Source of the DNA: Eledone cirrhosa
Lineage: Eukaryota
Direction of reading: 5' to 3'
NCBI GenBank assembly: GCA_964016885.1
Contig: OZ024742.1
Location: 172,298,001 to 172,362,000 of the forward strand
Length of the DNA: 64,000 bases
Positions 41,794-55,037 of the stretch are shown here, piece by piece. The notes beneath the pieces were generated by a model that made no database searches, was not told where the DNA came from, and saw only the letters and a list, made by a program, of their open reading frames with translations. Positions within the stretch are counted from its first letter, which is position 1. Every line of letters begins with the position of its first letter. A program made the translations under genes and the position numbers.

Positions 41794-43982
41794 CAAAGGA
41801 ATTGTGGTAAGGAACCAGATAGACCATAATGCACCAGAGTACTCAATACGTAGGGTAGTAGAGGGGGAATAGGAAAAAGTATGACCCCAGCGGCAGAGCT
41901 CAAGCCGTTTCGACGGCTATTTCTGGACTAAATTAGAATTTTTAACCTGGTGAATAAATAGCCAAACTTGTCAAAGGGGTACTTCCTTATATGGGAAGAT
42001 TGTAGTTGTCAAGAGGATTGGTTAAAATTTGTTGTAAACACAAATATGTCTATCATGGCATTTGGTGGGAGGTAGGGATGGCGGAACTTGCCTGTAGAAC
42101 AATAGAGGAGTGAGTGGAGCGGCAAGCGTTGAGAGTGATATGTATACAACAGAATATAAGGATAGTGTATGAAAGGTAGGTGGGAGGTTATAGAATAGGT
42201 AAATAGAATGAGAGTAGGAGACATCAAAAGATAATAGAAATAAAAAAAAATATATGAAATTAGATAGTGAGAAATGAATAAAAAAAATCACAATTCTATC
42301 TTACAATTACAGGTTAATAAAACTGATACAAGATTAAAGGGGTTTAACACGTCTGCTATAAGTAGTTAGTAAAACGTTTTCGGCCAATTTTATCTTAAAA
42401 TTACAGGGGTGGGCGAACTGAGGCTACAGAGGCCTGATGGGCTACATCGGGGTAGGCGAAAGGGGAAAAGCAGACGAGGAAGAAAATAGGGATTGGAAGG
42501 AAGTGATAGGATGATGTAGGGGGAAGAAGAAGACAAAGAGGAAAAGAAAAAGAAAGATATACATATAACTATGTAAGCTGACGTTCCCCTAACTTATTAG
42601 GCAAGTGTGTGTGTGGGGGAGGAGGGGGTATCAGCCCTTGTCTACCCACCTGGGTCGTTATGGGGTTTGAAGGCGAGGTAAGTCCTACCCAATCTGTGTT
42701 TGCATGCGGTTAACAGTTCGTCTTTCTTGTTTAGGAGTTGGTCCTTCGAAAACAGCAATTGTAATGTTTCCTCCGACTATAAGTTACACGGACGGCGTCC
42801 TCCCGTGTAAGAGTTAGCCCTGGACAGTAAGCTCCAAGTGATATTGTAGGTTATATTATTATCTTGGAGGTCCCAGATGTGGCCCGAAAGTGTAGTGGCA
42901 TGTCGCCGGACCGGATTTCGGAAACTATTTCGGTGTTGGTAGAGCGGTGTGTTGAAGTCACACCGGTTAATCCTATATAAGCTTTGTTGGAGGTGTCCGT
43001 CCTCACGTTGCACTAGTAGATCACGTTACGTTTTCGGCATTTGTTGTTGAGGGGGCACGTAGATCTATCAGGGCAGTTACACCTCCTGGTCGGCTCTACA
43101 ATGATGTCTAGGTAATTTCTTCCATAGCGATTGAGTTTTTTGTTGTTTGAGGAAACGATGTTTTGTGCGAAATTAGGTGTGGTACTGTAGGAGAGTTTGA
43201 TGGTGTTTTTGTTAATTATGTTGTGGTAGCGATGTTGTAGTGGGAAGTGTTTTTCGAGGAGTCTAAAGAATATTTCTCCGATAGGTGTTTCAACCTCGGC
43301 ATTATGGGGAGGATTGAACCACGTTACGTTGCGTAAGCGGCGGTGTCGCCTGCTGGTCCCGCTAATGGAAGCTGGATAAAAGGATATTTCCACCCGGAAG
43401 CCACTCCGCTTGAGAGCCTGGTTGTAATGAGGTGCGTGTTCGTCGAATATCTGCTCATTAGCGGACAAACGAGATATGCGGAGGGAGATGTTTTTAACCA
43501 GGTTATTGGTGATGCTTCTAGCATGGTTAGAGCGGCGGTGGAAGTAGTGCAGGTTGCCATTTGGTTTCCTGTATGGGTAGTAAAGATCATTTTCGAGGTT
43601 AAGAGTAACGTCCAGGAAATTGACTCGGGTTAGGGACGTTTGTAGGGTGATTTTAAATCCCCAGTCCCGGAAGAAGTTGATTAGTTATTTACGGACACGC
43701 TCTTTACTAGTGAAGTTGTACCCTTTGAGGGTGAGGAACCCATCATCCCGGTACAATCCACCTGCGAATGCAGGAAACATTTCGGTGAGTTTAAATAGTA
43801 GGAATAATCCTATAAGATCTGTGACCTCGGCTGAATCCGTGGCGCCCATACTGACGTCGAATGGGAAGTCGGGAGCTCTCTTTATCCACTTGGAGTTGTC
43901 GAAAAGTAAGACTGTCTTCCTGGCGTGGAGAATGATATTTCTTTCCTGGTCAGTGATGGGTGTGACTGTTTCGGCAAAGTCA
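41793..43982 (-). mobile_element. 5'-truncated Naiad-like PLE (family A) with RT, GIY-YIG and pLTR
   Basis: FDVSMGATDSAEVTDLIGLFLL, GLYRDDG, TWFNPP, KLSYS, CNC..CPL..C, TTLSGHIW, LLNKKDE..CKH; frameshifted; 3' end at (TA)n. Confidence 0.9.
41884..41980 (-). ncRNA. Hammerhead variant (U3:A8 core, long stem II) with a mutated cleavage triplet
   Basis: acccct TTGACAA gtttggctattt...aaatagccgtc GAAAC ggc ttgagctct gcc GCT ggggt. Confidence 0.6.
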
Positions 43983-44351
43983 GACACACACACAAACAAA
44001 CGCACACACACACATAAATACATATACAAATACATTTATCATTAACTTTCTTCTAGTTTTGTATCCACCACGATATGCATTAACCAACTTCCCCATGTGC
44101 CGTAATGTTATTATGAGATGGAAGTTTGATGTTTATTGTGGCCGGATGGCACGGGTACAAGCTTAGGTGTATTTTGAACATGATTCCAACATAATGTGGG
44201 CAATGCTGATGAAATATTTTCCTCATCATTCATATATCGTAGTGCCTCGACCGGTGTTTGAGAGAGTATAGCTTGAGTTTTTCTAATCGATTTCAATTAT
44301 GAAGGTCAGTCATGCCGTCTATTGGCTTTTGTGATTGACCGCTCTCTCTCT

Positions 44352-44447
<96 letters not shown>

Positions 44448-44460
44448 CAATGAAAAACAA

Positions 44461-44529
44461 GGAGTATAAACCGTTAAAACATGTTTATATATCATTGTTA
44501 TATAAACATGTTTTAACGGTTTATACTCC
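44461..44529. repeat. Perfect hairpin next to (TA)n
   Basis: ggagtataaaccgttaaaacatgtttatata and its reverse complement. Confidence 0.85.
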
Positions 44530-47098
44530 GTGTATGCATTTCCTTCATAATCGCTCTTCTAATTTTTTCTCGCCCAGTAAATATTGACGCTTTTAATATT
44601 TAACCCTGTAGGCACAAGTATTGACCACATTTACACAAACCATTGGCAACTAAATATATGTATCGCCTATATTTCCTTTATTTCTCTCTCTCGGTATTTA
44701 AGCTTTCTATATATATATTAATAATATGCGATTCGTTTGGAATTATGCAAACAGCCTCTTAAGCCATGTCAGTTTAATGACCTAGTTATTCTTGCTCTTG
44801 TGCTGACATGTAAACAGAACTGCAGACACTGATGTTTCTGGGTGATTACCCTTCATCAGTACACTAAACTGTTTACCTGCCAACTGCCACAGCTCGTGAA
44901 ACTATACATTTTGTAAAATATATAGTGACTGCTCGGCCTGATTTGCGTATTATCAGACTGGCTGATCATTCAGATCTGCATATTAACAGATCGACTGATC
45001 AACCAGATTTGCATATCAGCAGATAGGACATTCAGTTTCATGCATACGAGCGATTAATGGCCGGCTTTGTCATATTCAAATAAGTAACAAATAGTTTATC
45101 GCTCTACATGGTTGAATACAATGAATGTTATCTGAGATTTTCGAATATTAAAATAATATTCTATTCCTTTGCAATTATGCAAACAGCCTCTTTAATATCT
45201 AGGTGAAAACTGCAGAGGCCGGACATTTTGTGCCTCATTGTTTAAGTGTGAGCCTTTGTTTATGTCACTTAACCACGTGTTTCGATATAAGATAGATGGA
45301 TAAATTTAGTACCAAACTTGACAAATAAGGTTAGAATTGATAGATTAAATCAAGCTGGTGCCACAACATTGCCACAGTTTAATGACAAAACTATCAATTG
45401 AGAAAAAAACTAACTAATGCTTATATGCCGATTTAAGCTATCATGAAGAATTTATATTTTTTTCAATGAAAGGTTTCTTGAACTTTATCATGTAGTAATA
45501 AAAATGTTGAAGTCCTGGAATGAAGAAGGGATTCAACAGTCTCGTTCGATTTTATAGAGATACGAACCAAATGTACGGCAAATCACATCCAAACGTGTCA
45601 CATATTAATAGTAATTTTAAATTTGATACGAAGCAAGCAGTTTCGATGCCATTAGTTGACTGGCACTTCATATGAATGACCTTGAAAGGAAGAAAAGGCC
45701 AAGTTAACCTGGGTTTGAAACCTGAACGTAAATAATGAGAAGTAAGACAGTTAATCTTTTGTGCGACACGCTCCCGAATCCGCCTATACATCACCAACAA
45801 TAATAATGACAACAACTACAATAACATTAGATATGGCATATATTGTAGAATACAGTTCTACTTATATATGAAGACAATATCCACGTTTAGAAAGTTTTAG
45901 TGAAGATAGTTTTGAATCAGGACTGATTTAGTGCAAAATAGGAACAATATAAACAGCAAGATCACAGCATCAATAACACGACAACGAATACATTATATAG
46001 ATTGATATTTCGGCTCCATTTTCAATAACTCTTTAGAATGCATCTCATTAACTCTTCTATGTGTTTTATTGGTTTCCGTCATTAGAATGGGATTATACAT
46101 AAGCACCACATTGAACTGATTTAACTAATTATATTGACAACAATACTTATTTTCTACCACACCTGGTACGTATTTTATCGATCTTTATTATCAAACTGTC
46201 ACGTTACGGGACAGTAAACGTAACCGGCAAACAGTAAACGTAAACATACACACAATGACATCATACAAACATACATACAAATGTGTGTTCTTTTCCAAGG
46301 AATTTTACTGACAACTGACGTTTAAGGTAGAAGACATTGGCCCAAGTTACCACACAGTGCAACTAAATTCTACACCTGGTTGTTGCGAACCATATTCGAT
46401 AATCATACCACCACATTTGTACGTTATACGACATGAACATTATACTTAAATACAAACAGAGAAAACACACACAGACACACATACACATACACACTCACAC
46501 ACACACAAACCATAGGAGCCCACGGTCGAGTATTGTAGTTGACCCGCTAACTGACCTTCTCACACCACTACCACTACCCACTACAGTAAAGTAGGTCAAC
46601 CATACCAGAACATACATGCAGTTAAAAGCAATTCTAACAGGCTGACCTCTTTCTAGGAGAACTGACTGAAGAATTTCAATAGACTTTCGGCTGGGAGGCG
46701 GTATGATATCTGACCAATGAGGTGAGGGCATATCCTTTGGACGCTGAAATTCGTTCAGTCTAAACCATATGCTTTCAGTTCCTTAGAGGACTGACAACAC
46801 ACTCTGGATCTGAGAATATCGATGAGTTAACAAGGTAAAATCCATTACAACATTATGTTTTCCTGTTTTTTTCTGTTCAAGGAGTTACTGTCTCATGAGG
46901 TCATAGCTATTGAATAAAGGGTATCACTGAAATATATATAGCAGCGAATATGAAAGAACGAAGGTAATTTTACCCTGTGGACTTACACTTCTTGTTTCTA
47001 TGTCACTCTGTATTAAACAGACCAACATGCGCACTTCGTTGAGTGATCCAGCCTGCATACTGAAATGTCGGCAAACAACCAATGCATACTCAAAATTA

Positions 47099-47134
<36 letters not shown>

Positions 47135-47135
<1 letters not shown>

Positions 47136-47318
47136 GGAGGTAGGCTAAAATGTTCAAAGGTTCACTATGATGGAGTGATGCTAGGGCTGTGAAACATTGC
47201 ATGCATTTACTTAATAACTGCAATGTTTTTTTCCGGGGACTATTGCAAAAATAAGCCTCATTTCGCCTCTTTCCATGAGAGTATCTTGGTCGGCCTATGA
47301 ACCTCTCATCCTACCTCG
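47135..47318. mobile_element. Mariner/Tc1-type MITE
   Basis: Imperfect TIRs cggaggtaggctaaaatgttca / tgaacctctcatcctacctcg, flanked by TA. Confidence 0.65.
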
Positions 47319-47339
47319 TATTTATATATATATATATAA

Positions 47340-49115
47340 ATAGGAACAAATATAACCCCGACGGCAGAGCTCACGCCGTTTCGACGGCTATTTCTGGACC
47401 AAATAAGAATTTTTAGCCTGGTAAATAAATAGCTGAACTTCTCAAGGGGTGTTACCTTATATGGGAAGATAGTAATTGTCAAGAGGGTTATTCAAAAATT
47501 TGTTGTAAAGACAGATCATGGCATTTGGTGGGAGGTAGGCGGGGCAGAACTTTCCAGTAGAACAAAGAGGGAGTGGGGGAAACCCAGTGAAGAGTTGAAA
47601 TTGAAATCTATACAGCAGATTCTAAGGATAGTGTGAAATGGTCGAAAAAAGTGTACTGGAGAAAAGTAGGGGGGAGAGGCTTGAAAGAAAGGTAAATCGA
47701 AAGGGAGTAAAACAAACAAAAAAAAAACATTATAAAAATAATGAAGTAAATATAAAAAAAAAATGTCTGGTTGCTACTTCACTTCTACAATCACCAAATT
47801 TCTCACTGGTATTGCTAAGTTATAGAAAAGTTTAATAGGTGGAGAATGGGGAAAATACTAAATACGAGATTGTAGTGAAATAATTTCATAAAGCCGGCTT
47901 TACAGGGGGTCTAACAACGCTGCTATAGATATTTAGTAATTAGCCAATGCTATCTTACAATGACAGGTTAATAAGTTGAGAACAAAATACTATAAAATAC
48001 TACTACAAAAATATTAATACTAATACAGAAATACTAATACAAAAATAGTAATACAAAAATACAACTAAGAAATATAGAAACCATAGAAATGGAGCAGCAA
48101 CCAAAAAGAAAAAAATATTTTACTGGGGTCTAACACATCTGCTATAAAAAGCATAATCGGCCAATTCTATCGTAATATTGGGGGGGGGGTACTGAGGCTA
48201 CACAGGACCGATGGGCTGCATCGAAGTAGGCGAAAGGTGAAAATAAGAGACGAGGAAGGAGATCTGGGGTGGAAGGACTAGGAAGAGATGGGGGGGGGGG
48301 GGAAATTAGAGGAAAAGATAAAAGTTACGTCTACCTTTGTAAGCAGAGTTTACCCTTTACAAGATCGGCAAGTGGGATATCAGCCCTTACCTAAACGGGT
48401 CATTATCGGGTTTGAGGGCTAGGTAACTCCTACGCAATCTGTGTTTGCATGCGGTTACCAGTTCGTCTTTCTTGTTTAGGAGTTGGTCCTTCGAAAACAG
48501 AATTATTAATATTTCCTCCGAGCATAAGTTACACAGACAGCGTCCTCCCGCTTAAGAGTTAGCTCTGGACAGTAAGCTCCAAGTGAGACGTATGTTATAT
48601 TATTATCTTTGAGGTCCCAGATGTGGCCCGAAAGTGTAGTGGCATGTCGCCGGACCGGGTTTTGGAAAGTATGTCGGTGTTTGTAGAGCCGGGTATTGAA
48701 GTCATAAGCGGTTAATCCTATATAAGCTTTGTTGGAGATGTCCGTCCTCACGTTGCACTGGTAGATCCCATTACGATATCGGCATCTGTTGTTGAGGGGG
48801 CACATGGATCTATCATGACAGATACACCTCCTAGTCGGCTTGCCACTGGTGTCAAGGTTATTTCTTCCATAGGGGTTGAGTGTTTTGTTGTTAGAGGAGA
48901 CTCATGATCTCTCTTTACAACAAATTTTTGACCAGCCCTCTTGACAATTACTATCTTACCATATAAGGTAATACCCACTGAGAAGTTCGGCTACTTATTT
49001 ACCGGGCAAAAAAATTATTATTTATTCCAGAAATAGCCGTCGAAACGTGTTGAGCTCTGCTGTCGGGGTCATACTTGTTCCTATTACCCACTCTACTACC
49101 CTAAGTATTGAGTAC
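47340..49115 (-). mobile_element. Second family A PLE copy: GIY-YIG fragment, pLTR and inverted pLTR
   Basis: CPLNNRC..IYQC...AYIGLT..FNTRLYKH at 48400-48830; 48905-49115 is an inverted pLTR copy. Confidence 0.88.
47355..47450 (-). ncRNA. Type I hammerhead with compensatory U3:A8 core
   Basis: acccc TTGAGAA gttcagctattt...aaatagccgtc GAAAC ggc gtgagctct gcc GTC ggggt. Confidence 0.7.
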
Positions 49116-49251
49116 TTTATATATATATGCATATGTTTGTCTGTGTTTGTGAGTGTGTGTCTGTGTTTTCTTAGTTAATAAATGAATCAAAACAAAACAG
49201 AGGAGGCGAAGTCACGCTGTTATTTATATTATGTTCACGGTTGTATGTATG

Positions 49252-49604
<353 letters not shown>

Positions 49605-49635
49605 TACATGTATATGTATATATACATATATATAT

Positions 49636-49990
49636 GGGATGGCTGCCACCTCGTTATCGAGCATGGTCATTGCACGATATACCATTATTAATAATTATTA
49701 ATTAATTCTATCGAGCAGTGCCTGTGCGTGAAGATATTTTTTAAAGTGAGGAAAGTCTGTGCACTGAGCCAATCCCACTCTCTGAGCCACATTAGCTATA
49801 ACCCGAAAAAAAGAAAAGATCAACATCATCGGTAACTACTGAGGCTCAGGTTTTATATCGGAGTTATCCCAGTTTCCTGAGTTGCCTTGATCTAGAAGAA
49901 TGCCTTGACAAAGGCTAGGGTTCCTTCACTCCGAGTGGTTTAACCGCGTGATCGGATGTCCAGCTCGACTATTTCTATGTCCCCGCGCAT
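49636..49990 (-). mobile_element. Bipartite RTE-derived non-autonomous element
   Basis: 5' part matches 27876-28170 and 3' part matches 36646-36690. Confidence 0.8.
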
Positions 49991-50096
49991 ATACATACAC
50001 ATGCACCCATGTATATATACATATACATACATATGTACATGTGTATATACATATTTATACACTTTGGGATGACCGTTGACTCTTATGAGTTCTTCC

Positions 50097-50198
<102 letters not shown>

Positions 50199-50811
50199 GT
50201 ACACACACACACGCACACATATATATGAAAAATGTGGGTGAGAAGAATACTGCTGGTTGCACATGGATAACATGTTATAAAATGAGTCCCTCATCAGTGA
50301 TTTACCAAACGATCATGGGTATTTGATCGCATTAAAGATCATATACCTCACGTTGGAGCGATAATAGCTAAAATAAGTTATTAGGACAATAGAAACGCGT
50401 AAAGCGAGTGAGACAAGTAAACAACACAGGTGGAAGCTAACCGAAGATGGAAATAAACACAAGCAACATAGTTATTCTTTCAGCATAAGCTGTGTGAAAA
50501 TATGCGTGATCAGAAAACAGACCTTTCGCTAGTGAATTCGGTCTTAGAAAGAAGGAGAACCGTTTTCACAGCGAACGGGAGGAAGTAAGAAGGGGAGAAA
50601 CAGGGACTGAGTGAGTGGGAGTGCGAGGAAGTGGTCAGTAGAGAGAAAGTGTTAACTGAGATGGCAGAGGGGACGAAAGAAAGTAAGAGAAACAGAGAGA
50701 ACGAGGGAGCAGTAAGAGAGAAAGAGAGAAACACAGAATTGCAGTTTGGGTAAATATATGAAAAATATGGGTGAGAAGAATACTGCTATGTATATACATA
50801 TATATACGTAT

Positions 50812-50889
<78 letters not shown>

Positions 50890-50892
<3 letters not shown>

Positions 50893-51971
50893 AATGAAAC
50901 GCGTAGGTTACTTCCCTTGCTTTTATCGAGAATCTCAAATTGTAATACGTGACGTATTCTATTCTATAGCGATTAGGTCTTCAAAATGTTTATTATAAAC
51001 ATACAGAATATTTTCGAATATTCTATGTTTGTCTTCACATATATATCGCTATTTCAGAGCATTAAATCCAAATTCTAATTTCTGCCGGACCGGCAACCGC
51101 TCTTTCAAACCAGTTCCTGTACACAGCTAAGTATTCTATAAGTCTCTAGCTGTGTCATTCTCGATAAAAGCATTGGATATGTAATCCTGATGATTTCAAA
51201 TAAGAATGAAACGCGTAGGTTACTTCCCTTGCTTTTATCGAGAATCTCAAATTGTAATACGTGACGTATTCTATTCTATAGCGATTAGGTCTTCAAAATG
51301 TTTATTATAAACATACAGAATATTTTCGAATATTCTATGTTTGTCTTCACATATATATCGCTATTTCAGAGCATTAAATCCAAATTCTAATTTCTGCCGG
51401 ACCGGCAACCGCTCTTTCAAACCAGTTCCTGTACACAGCTAAGTATTCTATAAGTCTCTAGCTGTGTCATTCTCGATAAAAGCATTGGATATGTAATCCT
51501 GATGATTTCAAATAAGAATGAAACGCGTAGGTTACTTCCCTTGCTTTTATCGAGAATCTCAAATTGTAATACGTGACGTATTCTATTCTATAGCGATTAG
51601 GTCTTCAAAATGTTTATTATAAACATACAGAATATTTTCGAATATTCTATGTTTGTCTTCACATATATATCGCTATTTCAGAGCATTAAATCCAAATTCT
51701 AATTTCTGCCGGACCGGCAACCGCTCTTTCAAACCAGTTCCTGTACTCAGCTAAGTATTCTATAAGTCTCTAGCTGTGTCATTCTCGATAAAAGCATTGG
51801 ATATGTAATCCTGATGATTTCAAATAAGAATGAAACGCGTAGGTTAATTCCCTTGCTTTTATCGAGAATCTCAAATTGTAATACGTGACGTATTCTATTC
51901 TATAGCGATTAGGTCTTCAAAATGTTTATTATAAACATACAGAATATTTTCGAATATTCTATGTTTGTCTT

Positions 51972-51974
<3 letters not shown>
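50890..51974 (+). repeat. 312-bp tandem array (about 3.5 units), retrozyme-like
   Basis: agaatgaaacgcgtagg at 50891, 51203, 51515 and 51827; units nearly identical; flanked by (TA)n. Confidence 0.95.
51181..51223 (+). ncRNA. Minimal type I hammerhead ribozyme (copies at 51493-51535 and 51805-51847)
   Basis: gtaatc CTGATGA t ttc aaataa gaa t GAAAC gc GTA ggttac; palindromic stem III ACGCGT; stem I extended by a 16-bp helix. Confidence 0.9.
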
Positions 51975-52046
<72 letters not shown>

Positions 52047-52341
52047 GTATATACATATATATATATATATACACATGTGTGTGTGTGTGGGTGTGTGTGT
52101 GTGTACGTATATATACATATATATAGAATATGAAAATGGCTTCTGCAGGACTAGGACAGTTTCAATCAAATGTAATCGTTAGGAAATGAAGCAGTTGTAG
52201 TCCAGTAGAAGCCATATATATATAACTTGATGTTTACACTCTACTAATGTATTGCGTGGTTTACTTACAACGGTTACATTCATTTGAACGCGACACATAC
52301 ATACACCTTTATATATATATGTATATATATATGTATATATA

Positions 52342-52469
<128 letters not shown>

Positions 52470-52536
52470 ATGGAAACATTTGAACAGGAACAAAACAGAG
52501 AGGCAGTACAACAAATGTTTATTAACTTCACGCTCT

Positions 52537-52590
<54 letters not shown>

Positions 52591-52596
<6 letters not shown>

Positions 52597-52987
52597 GGAT
52601 TTAAATGGATACACTTTAGATAAAAGTAATTTATTGACACGTGTTTCTATAACAGTTACATAACCTGAAAACAGCTGCTATCTACAAAGTATTAGTTATG
52701 CAGACATTCAATATTTCAATTCTGATGAAATGACAGTTGATAATAACATTGAAATATTGAATGTCTGCATAACTAATACTTTGTAGATAGCAGCTGTTTT
52801 CAGGTTATGTAACTATTATAGAAACACGTGTCAATAAATTCCTTTTAACTAAAGTGTATCCATTTAAATCCTTCTATTTTTCTCCGGATTACATTTGGAA
52901 CTACAACTGGAACCGTCGAGCAAACTCTACGTGAGCTGTCCATCTACTGTGTGTTATATTTATATTACAACACTACGGAAAATACTG
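52591..52987 (+). mobile_element. Family B pLTR foldback with a hammerhead at 52718-52836
   Basis: att CTGATGA aatgacagtt...aactattata GAAAC acgt GTC aat; 52591-52720 is the inverse of 52748-52877; homologous to 19310-19577. Confidence 0.8.
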
Positions 52988-52999
52988 TATATATATATG

Positions 53000-53069
<70 letters not shown>

Positions 53070-53123
53070 TAAAAAAATAATGAATAAAACAATGAAACAG
53101 TTCCTTATATTAAACAAAAAAAG

Positions 53124-53276
53124 TTCATTATTTAACGATCGTTTCTAGGACATATATGTGTTAGAATTGGTATGCATACTCAACAGATCTATGTACAAAA
53201 TTATACAAAATTATACAAATTATCAAATATAATATACATACCAACACATAAATATGCCGTCTTCAGAAATAATGAA
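53124..53276 (-). ncRNA. Type I hammerhead with a 10-bp stem I and a stem II domain of about 115 nt
   Basis: ttcattattt CTGAAGA cggcatatttatgtgttgg ... ctaacacatatatgtccta GAAAC gatc GTT aaataatgaa. Confidence 0.8.
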
Positions 53277-53646
53277 TTATATTTATTGATAATAACAACA
53301 ATTCAAAATTACACGTCTGTTTGGGAACAAAGTTCAAATTGACCAATGAAATAAACAAAAAAAATTAAATCAAGAAAATACAGTTAGGTGTGTGTATATA
53401 TGCAAGTAACTTCGTTCATAGATATGCATAAAGATATATGTTCACATGCATACGCATGTCGAAAAAATGTATGTAAATACAAAAATTCAGGGCTAATGTC
53501 TCTGTATGTTTATAATCTACAGATAAAATACACATACGCATATAAACATATATAGATTCATATATACACACATATATATACATTCACACACACACGCGCA
53601 TATACACATAAATATACACATACCCACGAACATACACACACACACT

Positions 53647-53685
<39 letters not shown>

Positions 53686-54123
53686 TATTATTATAACTAT
53701 ATCGATATTTAGGCGCACATATAAACACTGCTACATATATTTTTATATCCAAATGCAGAAGTGGGTAAGGGGGTCAGTAATCAGTAAGGGTGTCAAGAGA
53801 AACTGCCTATTTATAAATGTATCTATAAATTTAGAAATAAAAAGAAATATATTAAGAAAATATATAAACAAGTAAAATATATAATCATACATAAAATATA
53901 CATACGTATATATATATATATACACACACACATACACATATACACACACACATATATATATATATATACACACATACATACACATACACATATACACACA
54001 TATATACACACATACATACATAGAGTCACATACATATACATATATAAATACATAGACACACATACAAACACACATATATATATACACACATATATTCACA
54101 ACACACATACATATATACATATA

Positions 54124-54223
<100 letters not shown>

Positions 54224-54322
54224 TATATAATATATATAAAAGTGTATGCGTGTGTCGCGTTCAAATAAATGTAATCATTGTAAGTAAACCACGCAATACA
54301 TTAGTAGAGTGTAAACATCAAG

Positions 54323-54354
<32 letters not shown>

Positions 54355-54998
54355 CTTCTACTGGACTACAACTGCTTCATTTCCTAACGATTACATTTGA
54401 TTGAAACTGTCCTAGTCCTGCAGAAGCCATTTTCATATTCTATATATTTACATATGAAACATATATGAGTTTCTCTCTACCAAATATATTCATTAGGCAT
54501 TGGTCAATTCGAGAGGATAACATGGACGGAAACTGAACTCGAAATCACACGGTTGCAAAGCTGACGTCTTCACTACAATCTGGCGCCGTTAAATACTAAT
54601 CAAGTGAAATTACATCGCCATTTTTCTTCTCTCAATTACTTTGTGCACTCTAAAACGTTGGGCGTGAATGAAAAATGCTAATGATTCCGCTCTTTGTTTC
54701 TTTATATTAATTACGAAAAAAATCTATTTTCAAAGAAACCCCAATTATTTAACATGTTTCAAGAAACATATCAAACAGAATTAAGAAATTATTTCGTATT
54801 ACGAAACACACTGGTGCTCCTCACTCGTCTATCTTTCTATTTTTTTCATCCTTTTCCTTTCTACTTTATTTTCATACTTACTCACCGCCTCCGTAATGAA
54901 TGAATGAGATGAACATTCGCAGATATTTCACGTCTATTTGATCACAGGAATTATAAATAAATAAATATATATGTGTGTGTGTGAGTGTATGCATGCGT

Positions 54999-55037
<39 letters not shown>

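Noticed and set aside
42700-42800. Selenocysteine (UGA) recoding, as known in some Naiad PLEs
   Set aside because: The stop at the second Cys of CxxC is TAG and the sister copy near 48523 has TGC; the one TGA in the 15.5-kb EN is not at a Cys position
44938-45025. Three 33-bp repeats with octamer-like atttgcat
   Set aside because: Only one exact octamer and no linked gene or snRNA; treated as a short tandem duplication
50225-50790. Possible HHR (CTGATGA on the minus strand near 50290, GAAACGCGTA on the plus strand near 50391) between 27-bp direct repeats
   Set aside because: The core halves lie on opposite strands and no complete fold could be built; probably a pLTR remnant but unproven
50890-51974. 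Tandem array as a CRISPR array
   Set aside because: Units are identical along their length with no unique spacers, and the context is eukaryotic
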